A DNA stretch of 64,000 bases from an uncultured Bacilli bacterium (GCA_910584085.1 CAJTZY010000001.1:51830-115829); one strand, 5' to 3'. Positions 17,259-27,277 are shown, counted from the stretch's first letter. Notes: generated by a model not told the origin, from the letters alone. A program made the numbers and translations.

Positions 17259-19568
17259 ATGAAAAAAGCAATTACCCTATCTAAATATTTCTTTAAAAAA
17301 AACATAAAAGATATTATTTCACTTGTAATAATAATACTACTTTCAACAATATTATTCTCTAGTGCTATTATTATAAATTTTAATGTTAGTAAAGACTATG
17401 ATAAAGAAGCAGATAAATTAAATACAGCAAATAGTTTTTTTACAATACCTAGTGTAGAATATACAGATAATATACTTAATGATATAAAAAATATTAAAGG
17501 AATTGAAAGTGTAGAAGTACAAGATGGAATAATGCTTACTATTCCAGTAAATATGGAAGGATCTATCCAGGAACAAAATCAAATATTTTATAATATAGAT
17601 AATGTTTCTAATATAAATAAAAAAGAAATAATAAAAGAAACTACCGATAACGTTAGGTATGGTATATATCTTTCAAATTATACATATATTCATTCAGGAT
17701 TAAACATAAAAGGTGAATATAAATTTAATATAGATAACATTGCCTATTCATTTAATATTAAAGGTGTAGTAAATGAAATGCAATATGGTAATTATACTTC
17801 ATCAGTAATAGGAGAATATTTGAGTAGTGATGCTTATAATTATTTACTCGAAAACAATAAAGAAAAATCTGTTACCATTATTTCTGTAAAATCAAAGAAT
17901 AGTTATTCATCTTATAATAATATATCTAAATATTTGAGTGGTAAAAATATCAATGTTTTAAGCAAAAATTATAAAGAGCAATCTAAAAACCAAAGACTTG
18001 CAATTTCAAATATATTAGTTTTAATACTTATGGTATTTGCAAGTTCAATACTTATTATAAGTTTATTTGTAAGTAAATTTAAAATAGAACAAACGGTAGA
18101 GGAAGAAACTTCTAATATGGGTGCCTTAAAAGCACTAGGATATACAAGTAAAGAAATAATTATGTCTTGTATACTTCCATATATAATAAGTGGATTATTA
18201 TTTACAATACTAGGAATAGTTGCTTCATATTTTGTCTTGCCAATTTTAAGTAAAGTGATAGAAATGCAATCAGGTTTCATTTGGAAAGTAAAAATAGATT
18301 TATCACTAAATATACTAGTATTACTTATCAATATGATTTTAATAACTACATTTACACTTGTTGCTTCCTTGAAAATAAAAAAACTAAATCCTATCAATGC
18401 AATTAGGGGAATAGCTCCTAAAGAAAATAATAAAAATCATTTTGAAATAGAAAAAGCAAAAGGAAATATTCACTTTATCTTGATGTTAAAAAACTTTATG
18501 AATACTAAAAAGCAAAATATATTACTTGGAATTATGTTATTTTTAATAACTATAATATCATCGTTTATAGGTATATTATTTTATAATGTAAATATGAATC
18601 CTATTAACTTTATAAATACTTTGGTAGAAGAGCATCCATCAGTAGTTATTTCATCTAATCTTGATTTAAGAAAGAAATTTGAAACACAAGAAAATGTTAA
18701 AAGTGTTATATATTATGATGAAAATGTTACTTTAAATTATAAAGATAACTCTTATAAAACTTTCGTAGCAGAAAATTTTAAAGATTTATCTAATGACTTA
18801 TGTTATAAAGGAAAAAATCCAATAAATAGTAATGAAGTAGCAATAGGGAGTAAACTAGAAGAAACTTATAATATAAATATTGGAGATTATATTACATTAA
18901 GTAAAAATGGAAAAGAAAATAAGTATAAAGTTGTAGGCTTTATTCAATCTGTCAATTATTCTGGAGAGGTAGTAGAAATGACTTTAGATGGATATAAAAT
19001 ACTAGATAATTCATATTTACCTACTACAATGTATATTTATTTAGATAATGAACAAAGATCAGAAGAATTTATAAATCAAGTTAAAAATGAATATGGTAGT
19101 GATATTATTTCTACAATGAACTACGCTGAATCAATGGAATCAGCTACAACAATGTATGTTTCTCTTGTAAGTATCATTTGTATTATAATTATTATAATTA
19201 CCTTATTACTTATTTACCTAATTTTATATATTGTAATTTCATCAATTATTATGAAAAGAAAACAAGAACTTGGAATATTTAAAGCAATAGGTTATGAAAA
19301 TAAAGAGTTAGTTAAACAATTAGTAGGTGGATTTTTACCTAGTACAATTATAGGATCAATGTTAGGTCTTATAGTTAGTAAGTTTTTTATGAGCGATGTT
19401 TATAACAAAATATTTATGTCAGTAGGGGCATATAAAGTAAGTTTTGAATATCCACTTATAATATTTATAAGTTTAGTGATTTTTCTAATACTTGCAACAA
19501 TTATTATTGCAACAATATTAGCGCATAAAATAAAAAGGATTTCAGTATATTCACTTATCAAAGATTAA
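17259..19568 (+). CDS. FtsX-family ABC transporter permease (769 aa)
   Basis: Two FtsX-type TM bundles separated by large extracytoplasmic regions. Immediately follows the ATPase gene. Confidence 0.8.
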   Translation: MKKAITLSKYFFKKNIKDIISLVIIILLSTILFSSAIIINFNVSKDYDKEADKLNTANSFFTIPSVEYTDNILNDIKNIKGIESVEVQDGIMLTIPVNMEGSIQEQNQIFYNIDNVSNINKKEIIKETTDNVRYGIYLSNYTYIHSGLNIKGEYKFNIDNIAYSFNIKGVVNEMQYGNYTSSVIGEYLSSDAYNYLLENNKEKSVTIISVKSKNSYSSYNNISKYLSGKNINVLSKNYKEQSKNQRLAISNILVLILMVFASSILIISLFVSKFKIEQTVEEETSNMGALKALGYTSKEIIMSCILPYIISGLLFTILGIVASYFVLPILSKVIEMQSGFIWKVKIDLSLNILVLLINMILITTFTLVASLKIKKLNPINAIRGIAPKENNKNHFEIEKAKGNIHFILMLKNFMNTKKQNILLGIMLFLITIISSFIGILFYNVNMNPINFINTLVEEHPSVVISSNLDLRKKFETQENVKSVIYYDENVTLNYKDNSYKTFVAENFKDLSNDLCYKGKNPINSNEVAIGSKLEETYNINIGDYITLSKNGKENKYKVVGFIQSVNYSGEVVEMTLDGYKILDNSYLPTTMYIYLDNEQRSEEFINQVKNEYGSDIISTMNYAESMESATTMYVSLVSIICIIIIIITLLLIYLILYIVISSIIMKRKQELGIFKAIGYENKELVKQLVGGFLPSTIIGSMLGLIVSKFFMSDVYNKIFMSVGAYKVSFEYPLIIFISLVIFLILATIIIATILAHKIKRISVYSLIKD

Positions 19569-19581
19569 GGGGAAAAGAAGA

Positions 19582-19839
19582 ATGAATAAAGAAAAATTTA
19601 TTAAGGAATTAGAGAATGTCACAGGCTTAGATAATAATAAGTGTACTATTATCAATAGCATATTAGAAGACCACTTTTTACTCGGAAAAGGTAACAAAGA
19701 AAAAATTATTAATGATATAATACTTAAGTTACAAATGGATAATGAACAAGCAGAAAAAATATATGAATCAGCAATGTCTATAATTGGAACTGGTATTAAA
19801 GATAAATTAAAACATCCATTTAAAAGTCAAGATAGTTAA
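19582..19839 (+). CDS. Hypothetical small protein (85 aa), HU-like N-terminus
   Basis: MNKEKFIKELENVTGLDNNKC resembles the N-terminal helices of HU-family proteins. Weak call. Confidence 0.4.
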   Translation: MNKEKFIKELENVTGLDNNKCTIINSILEDHFLLGKGNKEKIINDIILKLQMDNEQAEKIYESAMSIIGTGIKDKLKHPFKSQDS

Positions 19840-19910
19840 GTATCAAAGATAAAAAATAAACAAAATCTATTCATATATTCTAAAACGTGATAAACATCAA
19901 AAGAGAACAT

Positions 19911-19960
19911 GTATTCTTCATTATTGGAAAAGTTCGTAGATACATATGGCACTTGTTCCG
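19911..19960 (+). repeat. tRNA-Gly-end-like junction repeat (copy X2)
   Basis: gtattcttcattattggaaaagttcgtagatacatatggcacttgttccg aligns by eye with 30453-30505 (gtattctttcgttattggaaaagaattgtaaatatctacgccacttgctcca). Confidence 0.6.
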
Positions 19961-20190
19961 CTGGAAAATTTGTCTGAACTTTTGGACACTGATTATATAG
20001 AAAATCAATTGAAAAATTGATTTTTTTAAAGCATTCCAAAGAAATGATGGCGTTTATGATTAGGTTAATTATAAAGGATACCATTTGAAAGTTCTTTAAG
20101 GAAAAGATTAAAGTTTATCCGTCAACCTTGTAAAACCAAACACTTTGAGCATAGAAAAAGATGATTGTAATACCATCTTTTTAACCATGA

Positions 20191-22023
20191 TTATACTTGT
20201 TTTATTGAATTTTCATTATTATCTGTTGATTGAGATTCAAATTTATTTGCATAAAAATTGTCAATATTAATGTAAATTTGTTTAACTCTCTCAACTTGTT
20301 CAAAATATTCCAAAACCATAGCATCTTCTGGAGATTTATCAATTTTAGATACAACACCATTTCTTGAAAGATAATCAACTTTATTTACCGCATCTACTAA
20401 ATTTTCAAAATTATCCTCTCCAATGTATTTTATAAGTTCTTCTGGGTCTGCATTAATTTTAGCTTTAATAACTTGAGGTCTAAACTTTTGTATTAGTGGA
20501 TATAATAAATTTTTAGTAATTAATGCAGTATTACTATTACTTGCATCTAATGATGTAAATTCTTCTGATTCTATTAAGTAAATTCCCTTATTTTGAAGAA
20601 ATTTAATTGCTTCTATTGTAAATATATCATTTAATGTTTCATTAAATTTTTCATATTTACGATAAGCCTTGTCGTATGTATTTTTTATAGAATCGTCATT
20701 AACGAAATCATTCAATTGTTCAAAACCGCATCCATTCGGATTCTGATCTATAATGTGTCCATTTTCATGCATAAAGCTGTGAAATAAAAATCCACCATCA
20801 TTAATTCTAATTGTATAAAACATTACTGATACAAACTCATTATTATCATTAGTAGCCCCTTGCCCTAAGATGCCTACTATTTTATTTTTTATATTATTAT
20901 AAATTGTTTCAAAGTTATTTGAATTATTACTAAACATTCTTATTGTGTCTGTAAAATCCTTTCTAGTTGTATAATATTCTCTAAGTGCTTCTTCATATTT
21001 TCTTTTCCTAGTTGAAGAAATATAACTAATCAACTCTTCTGAGAGGATATATTTTCTAATAGAATCTTGATTAATAAAATTTAAATATTTAATAATATCT
21101 TCTTCAGACTCACATTTTAACATATTTTCATTTGGTATAGTAACACCTAAATTTTTCAAATAACTTGATTGCCTAAAAACTATCCAAGCTTTATCAAAAG
21201 ATTTAACTTCAGGAGACATTATTTTTTCCATTTGCTCTTGCTTAAAATATTCAAGCAAAGATGTGTATGAAATATCACTAGGTCCTAATATGGCATCTTG
21301 TTGTTCTTTTAATGTTTTAGAAGCAATGAGATTCTTTAAAAAAGATGGTAATTTAGAAAAAATATCCTCAAACATTTCATCTTTCTTTTTTTGTAAAATC
21401 CTTTCTTTTCTCTTTTTCTCATACTCAACGTACTTTTCATAAGGCAGTAACTGGCTTGACCAATCATTATATTCAGAAAGTAATCTTTCATAAACTGAAT
21501 TATACTGATTAATTTTTTTTAATAATTCTGAATATTCCTTTGTTTCAGTAAAAGCATTAAAATTATCTTCTGTTATCTGTTCATGTTCACTATCCAGAAG
21601 ATAATTAATTATTTTTATTTTATTTTTTAGTAAACTTTCTGAATCTGCATTATTATTATCTTTAAAAGCTCGAAGTGGGGCTAAATAGTCTGCACTTTTA
21701 GAAAATCCAATATATGGAGAATAAATATAATATTCTAAAATTTTTTCAATATCACTATCTAAAGATTCAGTATAATTGCTTTTTTTATATTTTTGAACAT
21801 CTATTCCAATTTCTTCTAAAAATTGAATAGCAAATTTACGGGTTGTACAACATTTTAAATAGTATATATAATTATCTAATCCCTCAATATCATGATAGGG
21901 GATAATAAGGGCGTTATTAATTTTTGAAGAAATAATTGAACGATATTCTTCACCATACACATAACTAAAAGCATCAATAACATATGGCAATAAGCTCTTT
22001 AAAATAATATTTAACTTATCCAT
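20191..22023 (-). CDS. HEXXH zinc-metallopeptidase-like protein (610 aa)
   Basis: Single HEXXH (FMHENGHIID), with a candidate third ligand Glu about 35 residues downstream (KFNETLND). The rest is unrecognised. Confidence 0.5.
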   Translation of the reverse strand: MDKLNIILKSLLPYVIDAFSYVYGEEYRSIISSKINNALIIPYHDIEGLDNYIYYLKCCTTRKFAIQFLEEIGIDVQKYKKSNYTESLDSDIEKILEYYIYSPYIGFSKSADYLAPLRAFKDNNNADSESLLKNKIKIINYLLDSEHEQITEDNFNAFTETKEYSELLKKINQYNSVYERLLSEYNDWSSQLLPYEKYVEYEKKRKERILQKKKDEMFEDIFSKLPSFLKNLIASKTLKEQQDAILGPSDISYTSLLEYFKQEQMEKIMSPEVKSFDKAWIVFRQSSYLKNLGVTIPNENMLKCESEEDIIKYLNFINQDSIRKYILSEELISYISSTRKRKYEEALREYYTTRKDFTDTIRMFSNNSNNFETIYNNIKNKIVGILGQGATNDNNEFVSVMFYTIRINDGGFLFHSFMHENGHIIDQNPNGCGFEQLNDFVNDDSIKNTYDKAYRKYEKFNETLNDIFTIEAIKFLQNKGIYLIESEEFTSLDASNSNTALITKNLLYPLIQKFRPQVIKAKINADPEELIKYIGEDNFENLVDAVNKVDYLSRNGVVSKIDKSPEDAMVLEYFEQVERVKQIYINIDNFYANKFESQSTDNNENSIKQV

Positions 22024-22357
22024 TTAAAACCTCATTTATTAATTTCTGATTAAGCCTTTCGAATGCTTCGAAATTACTAGGATAATTTGATTTACCATGG
22101 TATTCTTTTTTACTATCATCCACATAGGTAATAGACAAATTCCAATATTCTTCATCTATTGTTTTTGTATCAATATATTCCTTTTTCCAGTCATCTATTA
22201 TGCTAAAAAGAGATTCTAAATATTTGAAAACTACATTACTATCTATTGTTTTTGAAATGTCTTTGTATAAAATTTTGCTCTTATTACTAATATAAATATT
22301 TAAACTTTTGCCATTTTTTTCAAAAGTTATATTTTTAACACCCATCATAACCTTCAC
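22016..22357 (-). CDS. Hypothetical small protein (113 aa), coupled upstream partner of the HEXXH protein
   Basis: Its stop overlaps the start of 20191-22023 by 8 nt. No motif recognised. Confidence 0.6.
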   Translation of the reverse strand: MKVMMGVKNITFEKNGKSLNIYISNKSKILYKDISKTIDSNVVFKYLESLFSIIDDWKKEYIDTKTIDEEYWNLSITYVDDSKKEYHGKSNYPSNFEAFERLNQKLINEVLNG

Positions 22358-22415
22358 CTATAATTAATTATATCACAAAATTTACATTTTCCTAAACTTA
22401 TGTTAAAACATCAAA

Positions 22416-22463
22416 TCGTTGGTAGGTGAAAAAAGTTGTAGGTATCTACGCCATATGCTCCAT
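22416..22463 (+). repeat. tRNA-Gly-end-like junction repeat (copy X3)
   Basis: tcgttggtaggtgaaaaaagttgtaggtatctacgccatatgctccat aligns with the 30.5-kb copy. Followed by a terminator hairpin (aatcat..atgatt plus T-run). Confidence 0.6.
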
Positions 22464-22620
22464 TGAGGAATCTACCCGAAACTTTTTTGAGTTTAATATA
22501 GAAATCATTTGAAAGGATGATTTTTTTTGCTTAAAGAAAATGAGACGTTGAAAGTTAATCATTAACTCTCAACATCCCATTTACATAATAATATTGTTGA
22601 AATACACAAACAATAGTAAT

Positions 22621-23688
22621 TTATTTAGTATAAATTTTCTTTTTTACTTTTTCTTCTTCACTCTCACTTAATAGATAGCTATAGTCATAGTTACTTATTC
22701 TTTTTGCACCTCCTAGTTCTGGTAAATCAATTAAACACAACACTTTTGTAACATTTCCTCCTAGGCGTTCTATTAATTTGATGATTGCCTCCATTGTTCC
22801 ACCAGTTGCCATTAAATCATCAATTATTGCCACATTTTGACCAGGTTTTATAGCATCTTTATGAATTTCCAAAGTATCTGTTCCATATTCTAATTCATAT
22901 TCTTGCTGAATAGTTTCTGCTGGTAATTTATTTGGTTTTCTAACAGGAACATATCCTTTATTTAATTTATATGCAACAGGTGCAGCAAACATAATTCCTC
23001 TCGCTTCTGGACCAACAATAATATCTACATTTTGATCAATTTTACTTGCTAGAAAGTCAATTGCAAGATGATAAGCAAATGGATCCTTTAAAATAGTTGT
23101 AACATCTTTAAAGTTAATTCCAGGTTTTGGATAATCACTAATTCTTCTTAGAGTTAATGATAATTTAAGTTTTACGAGATATTCTTTCATTTTTTTATAT
23201 TCTTCATCATGTGGTAGTAATTGATTGCTATCCATTAGACGAAGCATTTCTTCTATACTTACCCAACAGGTATAAGAAACTTCTTCTTTTTGAAGAATTA
23301 TCTCTTCTTTATTTATATTTTGCCTTGCTATAAATACATCGACCAATTCATTACTATCAATATCAGCATATTTTAACCTCTCCTGAATAGTTGTAAAGTA
23401 TTCTACACTTTCTGAATCTAAATCAACTCCTAACTCTTCTTTGGTTTCTCGAAATAAAGCATCTATAGAATTTTCTTTCGTACTTACATGCCCTCCAACA
23501 GAAACATCCCATGTGTTAGGATATAATTTTTTATTTCCACATCGATATTGAAGTAGAATTTCTCCATCATCATTAATAATCCACAAATGGACTGATCTAT
23601 GTAGTCTCCCTTCTTTATGGGCTACATCCTTATCAATAACCCCAATTATTTCTCCTTTATCATTTAATTCATCAATTATTTCTTTCAT
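22621..23688 (-). CDS. Nudix hydrolase / adenine phosphoribosyltransferase fusion protein
   Basis: The N-terminal half has a full Nudix box: GGHVSTKENSIDALFRETKEELGV (Gx5Ex7REUxEExGU). The C-terminal half is collinear with Apt: DYPKPGINFKDVTTIL, IVGPEARG, and the PRPP loop VAIIDDLMATGGT. Confidence 0.85.
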   Translation of the reverse strand: MKEIIDELNDKGEIIGVIDKDVAHKEGRLHRSVHLWIINDDGEILLQYRCGNKKLYPNTWDVSVGGHVSTKENSIDALFRETKEELGVDLDSESVEYFTTIQERLKYADIDSNELVDVFIARQNINKEEIILQKEEVSYTCWVSIEEMLRLMDSNQLLPHDEEYKKMKEYLVKLKLSLTLRRISDYPKPGINFKDVTTILKDPFAYHLAIDFLASKIDQNVDIIVGPEARGIMFAAPVAYKLNKGYVPVRKPNKLPAETIQQEYELEYGTDTLEIHKDAIKPGQNVAIIDDLMATGGTMEAIIKLIERLGGNVTKVLCLIDLPELGGAKRISNYDYSYLLSESEEEKVKKKIYTK

Positions 23689-23703
23689 ATTATTTTATCC
23701 TTC

Positions 23704-24804
23704 CTATTTCTTAATTAATTTTTTTACTTCATTTTTTTCATAATCATCAACTTGTCTTAATGATTGTTCATTGGAAATGGCATTAATCACGTTTGCAAAG
23801 TATTTTGATAAATCAACTTCGTGATACCAATTTTCTTTCTTTATATCCTCTAGAACGTAGGTAACATTCGTTGTATATAAAGTATTAAAAATACCAAGTT
23901 TGTTAGCCTCTTTAAATCTTTTTATACTTTCTTCTCCATCTGTAAATAATGGGAATGTTACCATAATATCAATTTTTTTTGCACCTTTCTTTTTTAATTT
24001 TGATGCAACATCTAAGACAGATTCTCCACTAGCAATCATATCATCAACAATAATTATATGTTTACCAGCTACATCCTCTCCTAAGTACTTGTGTTCAACT
24101 AAAGGATTCTTTCCATTTATCACTTTGGAATAATCTCTTCTTTTATGAAACATTCCAACATTGACTCCTAAGATACTTGCAAATGGAATTGCTCGAGAAA
24201 TAGCTCCCTGGTCTGGTGCGATAACAATAGTTTTATCTCTTTGAAATTCTTCACTCAACAAAAATTCTTTTAAGAGAATGTAAGTAGGTAATAGATTATT
24301 AAAAGTTGTTTTTCTTAAGACATTATTGCACACAACAGGATTATGCGCATCTAAAGTAATGATTCCATCTACATTTTTAGTTTCTAAGTCAATCAATCCT
24401 TCCTTGCAATCAAGAGACTCATCCACACCATTTGGCTTCTTATCTTGTCGTGATTCATATAGTAGTGGAGTTACAACATGAATGGACTTTGCTCTGCCAT
24501 CTATTGCAGAAATAATTCTTTTAATATCTTGAAAGTGATCATCTGGACTTTTCATATAGATTCTTCCTCGAGAATAATAGCAAGACTCTTCTCCGTAGTT
24601 TCCTACATCTGATAAAATAAAGATTCTCTTTTCCATAACATCACCATGCAATGTTGCTTTTCCCTCAGCATTTGAAAATCGGTCTAAGTGTATATCAATA
24701 CTTTTATCATACGGATTACCTCGAATGACTTTTAAATGTTCATTTACAAGTTTTCCAAACTTTTGTATATTTGGCATAATAATAAGTTTTGGCTCTTTAC
24801 TCAT
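23704..24804 (-). CDS. Ribose-phosphate pyrophosphokinase-like protein (second, cassette-borne paralog)
   Basis: Carries LLYESRQDKK, DAHN, APDQGA, HKRRD, and IIIVDDMIASGES. GGGAGGAG precedes the ATG at 24804 (MSKEPK...). Lies 15 nt upstream of the Nudix-Apt gene on the same strand. Confidence 0.8.
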   Translation of the reverse strand: MSKEPKLIIMPNIQKFGKLVNEHLKVIRGNPYDKSIDIHLDRFSNAEGKATLHGDVMEKRIFILSDVGNYGEESCYYSRGRIYMKSPDDHFQDIKRIISAIDGRAKSIHVVTPLLYESRQDKKPNGVDESLDCKEGLIDLETKNVDGIITLDAHNPVVCNNVLRKTTFNNLLPTYILLKEFLLSEEFQRDKTIVIAPDQGAISRAIPFASILGVNVGMFHKRRDYSKVINGKNPLVEHKYLGEDVAGKHIIIVDDMIASGESVLDVASKLKKKGAKKIDIMVTFPLFTDGEESIKRFKEANKLGIFNTLYTTNVTYVLEDIKKENWYHEVDLSKYFANVINAISNEQSLRQVDDYEKNEVKKLIKK

Positions 24805-24935
24805 ATCTTTCTCCTCCCTCAACAACACCATTATATATTAATTTTTTTAAATTTTTTCAAAAAGTATATTAACTAATAGTAGAATTTTCTTGTAATTTTT
24901 GTATGTTTTTGATATAGTAATTTTGAGGTGTTAGT

Positions 24936-26204
24936 ATGAATCATTATGAACTTGGAAATCATATATATAATCTTAGAGTTGCAAGAGGACTTACGCAAAG
25001 AGATATTGCTGAAAAACTATCTATTTCCGATAAAGCTATTTCAAAATGGGAGAACGGAACTTCTCAACCAACGGTTTACAATCTTCAGAAATTAGCAGAT
25101 ATATTTGATATAACTTTGGAAGAATTATTGAAAGTTTCAAAAGAAAATCAAGAGAAGCAAATTACAAAAATTGTAATTACAGGAGGAATATTATCTGGGA
25201 AAAGCACCTGCTGTCATGAAGTAAAGGATCATTTTGAAAAAATCGGTTATAAAGTTGTTATTGTTCCTTCTATGGAATCTATATTAGAAGAGAATGGATT
25301 TATAGATTTTAATAATTATGAAGAACTACTAAAAAGTCGACTAGAGTTTGAGAAAACATTTAATAATTTAATACAAGCTATGGATGCAAATAAAATATTG
25401 GTGCTATATGATGGTGCTAGTCTAGATATTAGAAGCATGTGTACAAAAAGAGAATTCACAACCATTTGCAATACACTATCTATATCTTCAGAAGAGGTTA
25501 GAAATTCATATGATGCAGTATTTCACTTAAAAAGTATCGCAAAATGGGATAACACACTTTTTGATAAATTAAATGATAATAATAAAATAGATTCTTCTCT
25601 AGCAATTACCATAGATGATAAAATTATTGATACTTGGATTGCTCATGCTAATTATAGAATGATTGACTGTTGTATTTCTATAGAAAATAAAGCAAAGAAA
25701 CTGATTCATGAGATTGCAAAATTTTTAAATGAAGATGAAAGGTTTTATATTGAAAAAAAATATTTAATTCATATTCCAGATATATCTTATTTGGATAAAC
25801 TAGGTGGTTGTAGCAAAGTAAAAATGACCTTAACGTATTTAAATAAATCTTCCGAACAGTGTGATATAAAGCTTCTTCTACGAGATGAAGATGGTAAAAA
25901 ATTCTATCAAAAAATCATTAAAGGCAATAATAAAAAAAGTACAATTTCATTAAGTGCAGAGGAATATATCGATGAACTGGATAATAAGATGCTTGATAGA
26001 AACCCAATTGTTAAGTACCGATACAGTTTTATATATCATTCAGTTTACTATAAAATCGATATCTTCGAAGACAAAGCTTTTTCTATTTTAGAAGTGGATT
26101 TATTAAGTAGTCATGAAACCATACAGTTCCCATCGTTTATTGAAGTATTAAAAGATGTAAGTGAGGATCCAAATTATAAAAATTATAATCTTAGTAAAAA
26201 GTAA
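24936..26204 (+). CDS. Three-domain protein: XRE-type HTH, P-loop NTPase/kinase-like domain, CYTH (triphosphate tunnel) domain
   Basis: HTH: LRVARGLTQRDIAEKLSISDKAISKWENG. Walker A: ITGGILSGKST. The C-terminal ~150 aa has the CYTH pattern (YIEKKYLI start, alternating charged strands, ILEVDL, then FPSFIEVLKDVSEDPNYKNYNL). Confidence 0.7.
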   Translation: MNHYELGNHIYNLRVARGLTQRDIAEKLSISDKAISKWENGTSQPTVYNLQKLADIFDITLEELLKVSKENQEKQITKIVITGGILSGKSTCCHEVKDHFEKIGYKVVIVPSMESILEENGFIDFNNYEELLKSRLEFEKTFNNLIQAMDANKILVLYDGASLDIRSMCTKREFTTICNTLSISSEEVRNSYDAVFHLKSIAKWDNTLFDKLNDNNKIDSSLAITIDDKIIDTWIAHANYRMIDCCISIENKAKKLIHEIAKFLNEDERFYIEKKYLIHIPDISYLDKLGGCSKVKMTLTYLNKSSEQCDIKLLLRDEDGKKFYQKIIKGNNKKSTISLSAEEYIDELDNKMLDRNPIVKYRYSFIYHSVYYKIDIFEDKAFSILEVDLLSSHETIQFPSFIEVLKDVSEDPNYKNYNLSKK

Positions 26205-26371
26205 ATAGAATTACAGTTTATATTTTATCAAAAAATGAAAATAAGCAAGTAACATTGCTTATTTTTGGTCTCAGACATGTTATATTATACATGAAGATTA
26301 TATATTCACTAGTTTTGACAATCAATTTAGAACATGTTCTATTAACTTAGTAAATAGATGATATATATATT

Positions 26372-26455
26372 GTCTTCGTATAGAGAAAAGTTGTGTCATC
26401 ACTCTAATATCGCTACATTCAAAAAATCGATTTTTTTGATGCTTTTATTTAACAA
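26372..26455 (+). repeat. Diverged junction repeat (copy X4 plus flank)
   Basis: gtcttcgtatagagaaaagttgt...taatatcgctacattc parallels the X unit with a ~10-nt insertion. The following gatgcttttattta matches 27385-27398. Confidence 0.45.
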
Positions 26456-26602
26456 TTGTATTTTTAACATTTAGAATAATATTTTCTGCATTCATACAAA
26501 TAATCTTATGTACTATATAATATAAATTTTTATATTAAATCTATTTTAGTTACTCTTTTATATCTATGAAAATATTAAATTAGTTCAAGTAAAAAAATGC
26601 TT

Positions 26603-27277
26603 TTAAGCACTTCTTACTTTTTTTAATTTTTTAATACTAGTATATTGCTCATATATATTATCTAGTTCCATTGGATTTTTTACAAATATTTCCCCTGCAT
26701 ATGGTTTAACAAAGTCACCTTTAATTTTTAATTTATCCACTGATATTTGTCCGTTAAATAATCTTATTAATAATATATTTGTTAAACTAGATAAATTTAT
26801 ATATTCGTCAAAACCAACTTTCAATAAAATTGCATTTTTATATAATGTTCTTAGTGTTGTTTGTTCTTCGAATGATGCAAACCAATCGTAATTTAATTTA
26901 TATTTATAAACACAAATATCACCTATAAATAAATCATTTATATCTAAATAATCTAGATTAATGACCTGATTCTTTTTGCCTTTATAGTAAGTATATTGTT
27001 TAGTGAATCCGGAAAAAATATCAAATTGTTCTGAACAAGAATCAGAATAGCTACTACTATCATTGTTATTATTAGAATTAATATTATCGTGATTTTGTTT
27101 TTTATCTTTCATTATGTGTTTATATGCTTCAATTATTTTTTTCATTTTTTCTTCATTATTAATGCCAGGATTTAAATCTGGATGATATTTAAATACCAAT
27201 TTTCTATATGCTTTCTTTATTTCCTCTACTGAGGCATTACTTGATACTCCTAAAATATCATAATAATTTTCTGTCAT
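26603..27277 (-). CDS. J-domain (DnaJ N-terminal domain) protein with an unknown C-terminal domain
   Basis: [33 protein letters not shown] includes the HPD tripeptide. This is followed by an N/S-rich linker and ~140 aa of unrecognised sequence. No Gly/Phe region or zinc-finger region of full DnaJ. Confidence 0.8.
   Translation of the reverse strand: MTENYYDILGVSSNASVEEIKKAYRKLVFKYHPDLNPGINNEEKMKKIIEAYKHIMKDKKQNHDNINSNNNNDSSSYSDSCSEQFDIFSGFTKQYTYYKGKKNQVINLDYLDINDLFIGDICVYKYKLNYDWFASFEEQTTLRTLYKNAILLKVGFDEYINLSSLTNILLIRLFNGQISVDKLKIKGDFVKPYAGEIFVKNPMELDNIYEQYTSIKKLKKVRSA

Noticed and set aside
19836-20084. 82-aa minus-strand ORF after the FtsX operon.
   Set aside because: - It runs straight through junction repeat copy X2 and a terminator hairpin.
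- It has no RBS, so it is probably non-coding.
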